A DNA stretch of 64,000 bases. Origin: Centroscyllium fabricii (taxonomy: Eukaryota). Below, in pieces: positions 26,204-37,448 of this stretch. The notes under the pieces are model-generated. The model was given only the letters and a program-made list of their open reading frames with translations, was not told where the DNA came from and did no database searches. Within the stretch, counting starts at the first letter, position 1, and every line of letters begins with the position of its first letter. A program made the translations under genes and the position numbers. The stretch lies in assembly GCA_051313645.2 (NCBI GenBank), contig JBNRSN020000003.1, forward strand, positions 79,298,001-79,362,000, read 5' to 3'.

Positions 26204-27889
26204 TGTACACTGAGAGGATACAGAGAATGGGTATACAATGAAAGGGTACAGAGAATGGGTCATAAAAGAGGCGTATAGTGAATGGGTATACAATGAGGGT
26301 CACAGGGAATGGGTATACAATCAGAGGTTACAGAGAATGGGTATACAATGAGTGGGTACAGTGAATGGGTGTGCAATAAGAGGTGACAGTGAATGGATAT
26401 ATAATGAGGGGCATAGAGAATGGGTATGAAATGAGAGGGTACAGTCAATGGGTATACAATGAGAAGGTACCGTGAATGGGTATACAATGTAAGTGTACAG
26501 CGAATGTGCACACAATGAGTGGTACAGTGAATGGGTATACACTGAGAGTGTACAGTGAATGGGTATACAATGAGTGGGTACAGTGAATGGGTATACAATT
26601 AGAGGATACAGAGAATGTTTACACAATGAGAGGGTACAGTGGGTATACAATGAGTGGCACAGTAAATGGGTATACAATGAGAGGGTACAGTGAATGTGTA
26701 TACAATAGAGGGAACAGTGACTGTGTATACAATAGCAGGGTAAAATGAGTGGTATACAGTGAGTAGTACAGTGTATGGGTATAAAGTGAGAGTTTACAGC
26801 GAATGGGTATACAATGAGTGTACACTGGGTATACAATGAGAGGGTATAGTGAATATGCATACAATGAGAGGGTACAGTGAATGGGTATACAATGAAGGGT
26901 GCAGTGAATGTGTATACAATAAGAGGGTACAGTTAATGGTTATACAATGAGAGGGTACAGAGAATGGGTATACAATGAAATGGTACAATGAATCGGTATA
27001 CAGTGAGTGGTACAGTGTATGGGTATAAAGTGAGAGTTTACAGCGAATGGGCATACAATGAGTGTACACTGGGTATACAATGAGAGGGTATAGTGAATAT
27101 GCATACAATGAAGGGTGCAGTGAATGTGTATACAATAAGAAGGTACAGTTAATGGTTATACAATGAGAGGGTACAGAGAATGGGTATACAATGAAATGGT
27201 ATAATGAATCGGTATACAATGAGGGGTACAGTGAATGGTTATACAATGAGAGAGTACAGAGAATGGGTATACAATGAGGCGGTACGGTGAATGTGTATAC
27301 AATGAGAATGTACAGTGGGTATACAATGAGGGGCACAGTAAATGTATATACAATGAATGGGCACAGTGAATGGGTAAACAATTGAGTGGGTGCAGAGAAT
27401 GGGTGTACAATGAGTCGGTAAGTGACTGTATACAATGAGGGATACAGTAAATGGGTATCCAATGAGAGGGTACAGAGAATGGGTATACAATGAGTGGGTA
27501 AGTGACTGGGTATACAATGAGGGGCACAATGAATGGGTATACAATGAGTGGTTCAGTTAATGGGTATACAATGAGGGGCACAATGAATGGGTATACAATG
27601 AGTGGTTCAGTGAATGGGTATACAATGAGTGGGTAAGTGACTGTGTATGCAATGAGGGGCACAATGAATGGGTATACAATGAGTGGGTTCAGTGCATGGG
27701 TATACAATGAGTGGTACAGTGACTGGGTATACAATGAGTGGGTTCAGTGAATGGGTATACAATGAGTGGGTTCAGTGAATGGGTATACACTGAGTGGTAC
27801 AGTGACTGGGTATACAATGAGTGGGTTCAGTGAATGGGTATACAATGAGTGGGTTCAGTGAATGGGTATACAATGAGTGGTACAGTGAA

Positions 27890-28775
27890 TCATAGAGTCA
27901 TAGGGCCCAAAATTGGCGCCTTATCGCCGTTGGTTTAGCGCTGAAAAATGGGTGCTACAGGTTTTAGCACCGGGTGTAGACATTTTAGCGCCGGACACTA
28001 AATTCACCCATTGATTAGCGCCGGCGCTGTTAGCGCGCGCTAATTTGCGATCGGCAATTATCGTGCATATCCAGGTGCAACGCCCGCCCGCCGGGCTGCA
28101 CCTGAAATTTGCCTTTGCGACAGTCCCCCTGGCGCAGCACTGCCAGGCTCGAGATCGGGCAGATGCTGAGGGGGGTCGGGCGAGATTGGGCAGGTGCTGA
28201 GGGGGGTCAGGCGAGATCGGAGAGATAATGAGGTGGGTCGGGCGAGATCGGGGAGATGATGAGGGGTCGGGTGAGATCGGGGAGATGATGAGGGGCGTTG
28301 GCAGAGATCGGGGAGATGATGAGGGAGGGGTGCCGACACATCATGCAATGTTTCCCCTACCCCTTTAAGACGTTTCCGGTTCCAGAGTTCATGGGAAAGC
28401 AAGGAGTTGCTGAAGGAGCGCTGCATCCGCAATCGGCAATTAGCACCAAACAATTGGCCGGCTGGATCTCGTGCAACACCTGATTTAGAGCCGAAATTTT
28501 CAAGTCCGGCGCTAAAGTGAATATCGGGCACTTCGGCGCTAATTTAGCACCAGCGCTAATTTTTACGCAGCGCCAATTTTAGCGCCCCAATTCGTGCGCT
28601 CACGAATTTCGCGCCCATAGAGTCATGGAGTTTTACAGCACAGAAAGAGGCCCTTTGGCCAATCGCGTCCGTGCCCGCCATCAAGCCCTGTCTATTCTAA
28701 CCCCATTTTCCTGCATTAGGTCCGTAGCCTTGTATGCTATGGCACTTCAAGTGCTCATCCAAATGCTTCTTGCAT
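27890..28775 (-). mobile_element. CR1-type LINE 3' tail fragment split by a MITE
   Basis: (CATAGAGT)n tail at 27891-27902 continues at 28617 into ACAGCACAGAAAGAGGCCCTTTGGCC, a CR1 3' UTR hairpin region. Confidence 0.6.
27903..28616. mobile_element. PIF/Harbinger-like MITE, copy 2
   Basis: GGGCCCAAAATT / AATTTCGCGCCC termini, 3-bp TSD ATA; collinear with 4154-4981. Confidence 0.8.
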
Positions 28776-28778
28776 GTT

Positions 28779-29512
28779 GTGATGTGGAGGTTGGACTGGG
28801 GTGGACAAATGTAAGAAGTCACACAAAACCAGGTTATAGTCCGACAGTTTTATTTGATATCACAAGCTTTCAGAGCCCTGCTCCTTCATCAGGTGAAGTG
28901 AGGAGATGCATATAGGCACAGCATATATAGTCGGAAAACAATGCTAGATGATTACAGGCAATTTTTCGAACTGCCTTTTATCAAACCTCGACAGAGAGAT
29001 AATCACCGCAATCAAAGGTGTGAATGGTGTCCAAACAGGTCAGTCAGGAAAACATTCCAGTAAAGGACAATGAGGTGGGGTCACAAGGGGTCAAATGTTG
29101 CACATGCTGGGGTCTGTAAGAAAGACAAAAAACAGACAAAAAGCAATAAAAAAGAAAATGAAAAAGAAAATGTTGCTGGAAATCACAGCAGGTCCAGCCG
29201 CATCTGTGTAGAGAGAACAAGCCAACGACGACTCAAGCCTGGATGACTCTACATCAGGTGGGGTTACATGTAGCGCGACATGAAGCCAAGATCCCGGTTG
29301 AGACCATCCTCAGGAGTGCGGAACTTGGCTACCAGTTTCTGCTCAACGATTTTGCGTTGTCGTGTGTCTCGAAGGCCGCCTTGGAGAATGCTTACCCGAA
29401 GATCGGAGGCTGAATGTCCTTGACTGCTGAAGTGTTCCCCGACTGGGAGGGAAATCTCCTGCCTGGCGATTGTTGTGCAGTGTCCGTTCATCCATTGTCG
29501 CAGTGTCTGCAT
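28779..29512 (-). mobile_element. Penelope-like element 3' end (GIY-YIG C-terminus plus pLTR)
   Basis: ORF 29264-29512(-) TLRQWMNGH...PVGEHF...HSASDLRVSIL...EQKLVAKFRT...GLNRDLGF; downstream hammerhead motif. Confidence 0.88.
28860..28896 (-). ncRNA. Minimal type I hammerhead ribozyme (Penelope-associated)
   Basis: Minus strand reads UCAC-CUGAUGA-A-GGAGC-AGG-GCUCU-GAAA-GC-UU-GUGA: intact CUGANGA and GAAA cores, stem I UCAC/GUGA, stem II, palindromic AGCU stem III. Confidence 0.75.
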
Positions 29513-29524
29513 GGAGCGCCCTGT

Positions 29525-30077
29525 CTGGCCTGGGCCTCCTTTTCCACTGCGGAGTGGCGAATTTCGGGTCCCTGTAGGGTCCGGGAGAAGAACGCTACGG
29601 GCGTGCCCGCCTGGATAAGGGTGGCGGCGAGGGCGAAGTCCAAAGTGTCGCTTTCCACTTGGAAGGGGATGGACTCATCAACGGCGTACATGGTCGCCTT
29701 GATGATATCTTCCTTGATCTGGACGAATGCCGTTTGGGCTTCTGCCGGGAGTGGGAAGACGTCGGCCTTGAGGAGAGGTCTGGCCTTATCCGCATACTGG
29801 GGAACCCATTGTGCGTAATTAGAAAAAAACCCTAGACATCTCTTCAGGGCTTTGAGGTTGTGAGGTAAGGGCAGCTCTTGCAGGGGACGCATACGCTGGG
29901 GATCGGGGCCGAGGACCCCGTTTTCCACTACGTAGCCGAGGATGGCGAGCCGGTCCGTACTAAAGACACATTTGTCTTTATTGTGCGTTAGGTCCAGCCG
30001 TTTCGCCGTGTGCAGGAATTTGGCGAGGTTGGCATCGTGGTCCTGCTGGTCGTGGCCGCAGATGGTCACGTTGTCCA
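29525..30077 (-). mobile_element. Gypsy pol fragment (RT C-terminal part to RNase H), same lineage as 34757-40408
   Basis: DNVTICGHDQQDHDANL...LKRCLGFF...PVAFFSRTL...EKEA is collinear with ORF 37857-38960. Confidence 0.9.
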
Positions 30078-30275
30078 TGGTATACAATGAGTGGGGACAG
30101 TGAATAGGTATACAAGGAGTGGTACAACGAACGGGTATACAATGAGTGTACAGTGAATGGGTATACAACGAGAACGTACAGTGAATGGGTATACAATGAG
30201 AGGGTACAGTGAATGGTTATACAATAAAAGGGTACAGAGAATGGGTATACGAGAGGGTACAGTGAATGGGTATAC

Positions 30276-30563
30276 TGTAGCATAGCCACTAGGGGGAGAC
30301 ACTCCGGTCTCCCCAGTATGTTAGAATTCTCATAACAGTGTTAGTCCCGCCCCTGTTTCCCCATTGGGTAGTTGGATCAACAGTTCCGGTCCCTGATTGG
30401 TCCTGCGGGCTGTCAGTCAAAAAACCCATGATGCTTTGCGTTTTCACGCCTTTTGTAACTCAGTCGTGTTTGGATTGAAGGGAATAAAGTCCTGTTAAAG
30501 TTTGCTCCGCGATCTTTCGACGATTTATTGATTTCAAAGAGTAGGGAACTGCCGTTCTCTACA
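30276..30563 (+). mobile_element. Solo LTR (288 bp)
   Basis: TGTAG...CTACA termini, 4-bp TSD ATAC, AATAAA at about 30483. Confidence 0.88.
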
Positions 30564-33496
30564 ATACAATGAGAGGGTATAGTGAATGGGTATACAATGA
30601 GAGGGTATAGAGAATGGGTATACAATGAGAGGGTACAGTGACTGGGTATACAATGAGAGGCTACAGTGAATGTGTATACAATGAGAGAAAACAGTGAATG
30701 TGTGTAAAATAACAGGGTGCAATGAATGGTTTAAAATGAATGGTACAGTGACTGGGTATACTGTGGGAGACTACGGTCTCCCAGCGAAATAATCAGCCGA
30801 AAACGAGAGCTTAACTCAATACAGGTCTTTACTACTAAACTCCAAAAACAGAATGAATTCAAAATGAATTCAAACACGTTGCAACTTCACAGCTGGTCAT
30901 GTGATCTGAGTTTTTCCTCTCACTTAAAGGGGATTTTACACGATTAACTATGTACAGACATTTAATCCCCAATGTGGAAACGCCACATGCACCCCCCCAG
31001 AATCCTCTTAAACTGCAAATGTCAGTCTTTCGGGTTGCTTGATCAAGCGGTCGTAGCGGCTGCAGTACCCAGGTTGCGGGCGAGGAGGAGTCTCTGGAAG
31101 GCTGTCTTGTTGAGGCCCTGGCGGCGTCGTCAGTTGTTCTGGCGAAGTGTTGGCAGGAGGCTCAGGCAGTGGAGACGACGGGGCAGCCGGAGGGAGAGGT
31201 GGAGGGAGAAACTGGTGAGCAGGCGGGCTGGCAGGTGGTCTAGGTGCCATGGGCAGTCTGCCGCGCCACGGCGTGAGGGCCGGCTGCACCGGTGAGCTGA
31301 GGTCCAGATGGGCCGGCTTCAAACAGTCCACCGAAATGTGGTCAGACTTCCCGCCGACGTCTACGATGAAGGATTTTTCTCTTGCCTCTAGGACTGGAAA
31401 AGATCCTGTGTAGGGGGCTTGGGGAGGGTCTTTGTGCGCGTCCCGGCGTATGAAGATGAACTCTGCCTGCTGTAAGTCTTTTGGAACATGGGAGAGTTGG
31501 GGGCCGTGCTGGGATGTGGGCACCAGTCGCAATTGCCTCGCAGCCGCTTAATGCAGCAAACGCTGTGTGGACGGGGACCACGGCTCGTTTGTGAGGGGCA
31601 GAAATTCGCCCGGGACTCTGAGTGGTTGTCCATAGACCATTTCGGCTGCTGATGCCTTGAGGTCTTCTTTGGGAGCGGTGCGCAGTCCCAGGAGGACCCA
31701 GGGTAACTTGTCAATCCAGCCGGTGTCGGCCAGCAAGCTCGCAAGGAGGCTTTGAGCGACCTGTGGAAACGCTCACAGAGGCCGTTGGCCTGCGGGTGGT
31801 AGGCTGTGGTTCTGTGGAGTTTTGCTCCTAACCCGTGGCGATGGTATTCCACAGCTGGGAGGTGAACTGGGGGCCTCTATCAGATGAGATATCGGTGGGG
31901 ACGCCGAATCTGGCCAGCCAGGAGGATATAAAAGCTCTTGCGACATCTGTCGCGGTGGTGGAGGTTAGGGGAACCACTTTGGGCCATCGTGTGGTGCGGT
32001 CGATGATAGTGAGGAGGTGTGTGTAGCCGTGTGATGGTGGCAGCAGTCCGACCAGGTCCATATGAATGTGGTCAAAACGCCTTGTGGGCACTGGGAAATG
32101 TTCCAGGGGCGCTTTGGTGTGTTGCTGCACTTTCGCCCTCTGACATACCACACAGGTGTTCGTCCAGTCCCACACGTCTTTGTGGAGACCGGGCCACACG
32201 AATTTCGCTGCCATGAGCTTCTAGGACGCTCTCATGCCTGGGTGGGAAAGTCCATGTACCACATCAAAGACATGTTTGCGCCAGGAGAGCGGGACTACTG
32301 GCCTTGGGTCCTTGACCGACACGTCGCACAAGAGTGTTGTGCCAGCCGCTTGAAAGTGTAAGCCAGCCAGGTTGAGGCCAGTCGTCGTAGACCTGAGTGC
32401 CTGAATTTCGGCATCTGCAGCTTGGTCTTTTGCCATACCGGCGTAATCGACGCCTAAGTGCACAGCATGCAGGGAGGGGCGTGAGAGGCAATCAGCGACC
32501 ATGTTGTCCTTACCCGCCACGTGGCGGATGTCTGTGGTAAATTCAGAAATAAAGTTAAGTTGGCGCTGTTGGCGCGCGGACCAAGGTTCTGCTGCCTTCG
32601 CCATGGCAAAAGTCAATGGTTTGTGGTCGACGAAAGCTGTGAACGGCCGGCCTTCCAGTAGGAACCTGAAGTGAGGGCGAGCAGCTCTCTGTCGAACGTG
32701 CTGTATGCTTGCTCGGGCTTGCACAGTTGGTGGCTAAAGAATGCGAGGGGCTGCCATGCGCCGTCAACCCACTGCTGCTGCACTGCCCGATGGCGTAGTC
32801 AGATGCATCAGTTGTGAGGGCGACCGTGGCGCCTGGGATGGGGTGAGACAAAAGTGTGGCGTTGGCCAAGGCTTGCTTGGTGTTTTCGAATGCCAAGGTC
32901 ATTTCACCGGACCAGGTCAGTGGTTCTTTCCCAGTTTTGTCCCTGGTGGCCTCGTAGAGAGGGCGCATGAGTGCGGCAGCTTTGGGCACGAAGCGGTGGT
33001 AGAAGTTAACCATGCCTAAAAACTCCTGGAGGGCCTTGACTGACGTGGACTGGGGGAAATCCGACGCCGCCTGCACCTTGGTGGGGAGGAGGATGGCGCC
33101 TTCTGCCTAAATCCAGTGACCCAGAAAATCGATTTGGGCCAGTCCGAATTGGCACTTTGCAGGGTTAACAAGAAGTCCATGGTGGCTCAGGCGTTGGAAA
33201 AGGGAACGTAGATGCGAGATGTGCTCTGCCTTGCTGGTGCTGGCCATGAGGATGTCATCTAGGTAGACAAAGAGGAAGGTCAGGTCCCGGAGCACCGAGT
33301 CCATGAGGCGCTGGAAGGCTTGTGCAGCGTTCTTCAGCCGAAAGGGCATTCGCAGAAATTCAACAAGCCCGAAAGGGGTGATTACCGCCGTCTTCTGGAT
33401 GTCCTCCTGGTGGTCTGGAACCTGATGGTAGCCTCGCACCAGGTCAACCTTGGAGAAAATAGTTTTTCCTGCCGGGTGTGCCGAGAAGTCCTGGAT

Positions 33497-33811
33497 GCGG
33501 CACGGTGGCATAGTGGTTAGCACTGTTGCCTCACAGCGCTAGAGACCCGGGTTCAAATCTAGCCTCGGGTACTATCTGTGTGGAGTTTGCACATTCTCCC
33601 CGTGTCTGCGTGGGTTTCCTCCGGGTGCTCCGGTTTCCTCCCACAGTCCAAAGATGTGCGGGTTAGGTTGATTGGCCATGATAAATTGACCCTTAGTGTT
33701 AGGGGGATTAAATATGTGGGGGTTACGGGGATAGGGTGGGATATGTGTCGGTGCAGGCTCGATGGGCCGAAATGGCCTCTATCTGCACTGTAGGGATTCT
33801 ATGATTCTATG
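33497..33811 (+). mobile_element. HE1-like V-SINE inserted in the Gypsy RT
   Basis: tRNA head, V-domain, (ATTCTATG) tail. Confidence 0.9.
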
Positions 33812-36675
33812 TGTGGAATTGGATAGCAGTCACGTGTGGTGGCGTCGTTGAGCCGCCTGTCGTCCCCGCACAGTCGTCAGCCGCTGCCGGGCTTGGGCAC
33901 AATGTGGAGTGGGGACGGCAGGGACTATTTGAACGCCGAACAATGCCCAGTTTCTCCATGTTCGTGAACTCTTCCTTATCAATGGCCATCTTGGCTGGGT
34001 CGAGGCGTCTGGCTCGGGCGTAGACTGGTGGGCCATTGGTGGCGATGTAGTGTTCCACGCCATGCTTCGCTACTGAGGCTGAAATGGTTGGCTGCGTGAG
34101 CCCAGGGAACTCTGCTAGGAGGCAGGAGTAGTTGTCCTTTGTCGGTGAGGAGCAGGACCAAACAATGGCTGGTCTGTTGCTGTGCTGGCATGCCAAAGAG
34201 TTGAAGGTGGCTGCATCGATTAGGTGTCTGTCGCGGACGTCGACTAAATGTCCGTGAGCACACAGAAAATCTGTGCCTAGCAGGGGTTGTGAGACGGAGG
34301 CCATTATGAAATCCCAGGTGAACCTCTGGCTGTTGAAGCAGACTTCAGCCCGCTGCTTACCAAACGTGCGGATGGCAGCACCATTGGCTGCCACGAGGGG
34401 AGGGCCGCTCAGGCCTGCCTGGATGTCAAGGGTGGAGGCTGGGATGATGCTGCACTGCGCGCCTGTGCCGCAGAGAAACGCCTTCCAGACAGCGAGTCGT
34501 TGATGTAAAGTAGCTTCCCCGCAAATCCTACGGCCATCGTGGCATCTGGGGTGCTTTCAGCAGGGGTCAGTCGGTGGCGAGAAACCGGTGGGCCGGGTCT
34601 GGCGCTCTTTTTTTTTTGTGTCGAACGAGCATGGCGGGCGGCAGCGGTGGGCCTTGGCGCTGAAGCGGGCATGATAGTAACATAGGCCCTGGGTTTGGCG
34701 AGCCGGTGTGCACTTAGTGGGGGAGGGGAGCCTCATGGCTACACAACTGAGCTGGGTGTGGTAAACCATTATTCCTAATGCCATACCACTGTTGTACTGC
34801 TGCACTGCTGTCTGTAAATACCTTACTGCTGCCTGTAAATACCTGTATACTGATACATGCAGGAGCTTGCCCCGGCTGACCCCGCCCCTGACTCCACCTC
34901 CAGGCTCAGGTATATAGGTGCTTGCTCACCCACCTCTGGTCAGTACACTACGGAGCTCAGCCGAGACACGCTCCATTTTTTAGTGAGGAAAAGCCGTATA
35001 GTTAAGGTTAACTCTTCGTCTTTGGCCTTATTGATGGTACATCAATTTTATTCACTAAATTTTTCGACAATGGAGAATGTACTAAAACCGGAACGCCTAG
35101 ACATCGACCCCCAGGTACCGAATGCGTCCAACGACTTTGAGCACTGGCTCAGCTGTTTCGAAGCTTACGTGGAGGCCACGAAAGCCAGCGACGCAGATAA
35201 ACGAAAAGTGCTGGTTTCGAGGGTAAGCGGCCGGGTGTACTCACTCATCAAGACGTACGAAGACGCTATCAAGAAACTGAAGGGCCAGTACCTACGCCCG
35301 GTCAACTCGGTGTACGCCAGGCACCTACTGGCTACCAGAAGGCAACAGCCGGGTGAGTCAAATACGGAGTTCCTCCGGGCGCTCCAGACCCTTGTACGGG
35401 CCTGCGACTGCACCGTGGTGACCGCCGAAGAGCACGCGGATTACCTGGTCCGAGATGCATACGTGGCGGGGCTCAAGTCCGGCCAGGCCTATCAGCGGCT
35501 ACTAGAGCAGGACAAACTCTCCCTTGACTCCGCCGTCTCGCTGTCCAATGCGGTCGACGGGGCCCTCTGGAGCATGGACTCCTACTCTGCGGGTAACCCC
35601 CATGCGGGCCAACCTAATCCCTGGGCATCAGAAACGCTGCTCCCAGCGCAGGCCCCAACGATGGCAGCGGTGGCTGCGACCCCGGCGAAGAGTCCAGCAG
35701 GCCCCAGATGCTACTTCTGCGGCCAGGCGAAACACCAGCGACAGCTGTGCCCCGCGAGGAGCGCAACCTGCGCTAAGTGCGGGAAGAAGGGCCACTTCGC
35801 GAAAGTCTGTAAATCCGGCCTGGCCTCCAGACCCAACAGCATGGCCTGCGAATCCAGCGAAGCCACTCCGTGGCCGCAAGTACGGTGCTGCAGCGTGACC
35901 CGGCAGCGGCCGGCCGTGTGCGAGTCACGGGCGCCGCCATCTTTAATATAGTCGCAGCAGCGGCCGGCCGTGTGCGAATCACGGGCACCGCCATCTTTAA
36001 TACAGTCGCGGCCAGCCACGTGCGAATCACGGGCTCTGCCATCTTTAATGCAGTCGTGGCCAGCCGCGTGCAAATCACGGGCGCCGCCATCTCCAGCACC
36101 GCCATCTTGCCACTCACCCCGGAGACGGCCCCAGCCATTTGAGGGCCCCAGCACACCCACAACACTGGCCTCCGCCACTTTCGACCAGTCCAGGCCACAC
36201 CCCTTGACTAATTCCATGATGGAAATCAAGGTCGAGGGGCACGCCACAAACTGTCTGTTTGATACCGGGAGTACGGAGAGTTTTATCCACCCCGACATGG
36301 TGCGGCGCTACGTACTGACGGTCAGACCCATGCGCTATCAAATCTCCCTGGCATCCAAGTCCCACACCGCGGACATTACCGGCTACTGCACAGTCATGCT
36401 TACCGTTAAGGAGTCAACATACCGCAATTTTAACTTGTGCGTCCTCCCGCAGCTCTGCGCACAGGAGTTACTGGGACTGGATTTCCAGTGCAACCTGCAG
36501 AGCGTGACGATGGCGTATGGCGGGCCCCTGTCCCCCCTCACGGTCAGTGGCCGGGACGACCCCAACCTGCCACAGCGCTCGACCTGCGGCCTGTCCACTC
36601 TAAAAGTTGACCCCCCCTCACTGTTCGCCAACCTCGCCGACCTCGACCCCAACTACAAACCCATTGCGACCAAGA

Positions 36676-37448
36676 TGGCGGTAAAACAAGATGGCGGCGC
36701 GCTAGACGCAGCGGCTTTGCGTCTCCCGAGTTTTTAGTGTCCCTGGTCCCGCACTGTTCTTGGAGAGGACGGCGGGGTCGGTGGAGTGGAGCACCGGTGC
36801 TCCTCAATCGGGGCACCGGTGCTGAACAAGCCGTCGTGGTCGTCGGGCTTTGAGAGCTGTGGCCGTCGGGCCTCGGGAGCTGTGGCCGTCGGGCCTCGGA
36901 GAGCTGTGGCCGTCGGGCCTCGGGGAGCTGTGGCCGTCGGGCCTCGGGGAGCTGTGGCCGTCGGGCCTCGGGGAGCTGTGGCCGTCGGGCCTCGGGGAGC
37001 TGTGGCCGTCGGGCCTCGGGGAGCTGTGGCCGTCGGGCCTCGGGGAGCTGTGGCCGTCGGGCCTCGGGGAGCTGTGGCCGTCGGGCCTCGGGGAGCTGTG
37101 GCCGTCGGGGCTCGGGGAGCTGTGGCCGTCGGGGCTCTGGGAGCTGTGGCCGTCGGGGCTCTGGGAGCTGTGGCCGTCGGGCCTTGGGAGCTGTGGCCGT
37201 CGGGCTCGGAGAGCTGAGGGGCCGGGAGCTGCGAGGCCGTCGTGGCTGGAGCGCCAGGGCCTGCGTGGCCGGCACCGGGCGCATCGTGGCTGCAGCGCCG
37301 GGTGGTCCTGGTGGGATGGAATGGATCAGACTGGGACCAAGGACATTTAATAATTTGGGAGTTTGCATGTTTGCATTTCGTTGTTTTGTGTATGTTCACT
37401 TTACAATGACAATAAATTGAATCTTATCTTATCTTATTATCTTATCTT
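36676..37448 (+). mobile_element. Non-autonomous retroposon with GC-rich VNTR and Rex1/Babar-like 3' tail
   Basis: Interrupts pol at IATK|SRRYS with AAGA duplicated; 5' CAAGATGGCGGC; ends ACAATGACAATAAATTGAA(TCTTA)n. Confidence 0.7.
36853..37217 (+). repeat. 24-bp GC-rich minisatellite GAGCTGTGGCCGTCGGGCCTCGGG, about 15 copies
   Basis: Directly visible; produces 8-residue periodic ORFs in several frames. Confidence 0.95.

Noticed and set aside
34857-35069. N-terminal extension of the 364-aa gag ORF
   Set aside because: Lies mostly in the LTR and leader; the homologous gag at 63688(-) supports a start at 35070.
36544-37399. ORFs with RRPQLPEA / GPTATAPR / GELWPSGL repeats
   Set aside because: By-product of a stop-free 24-bp minisatellite open in several frames on both strands.
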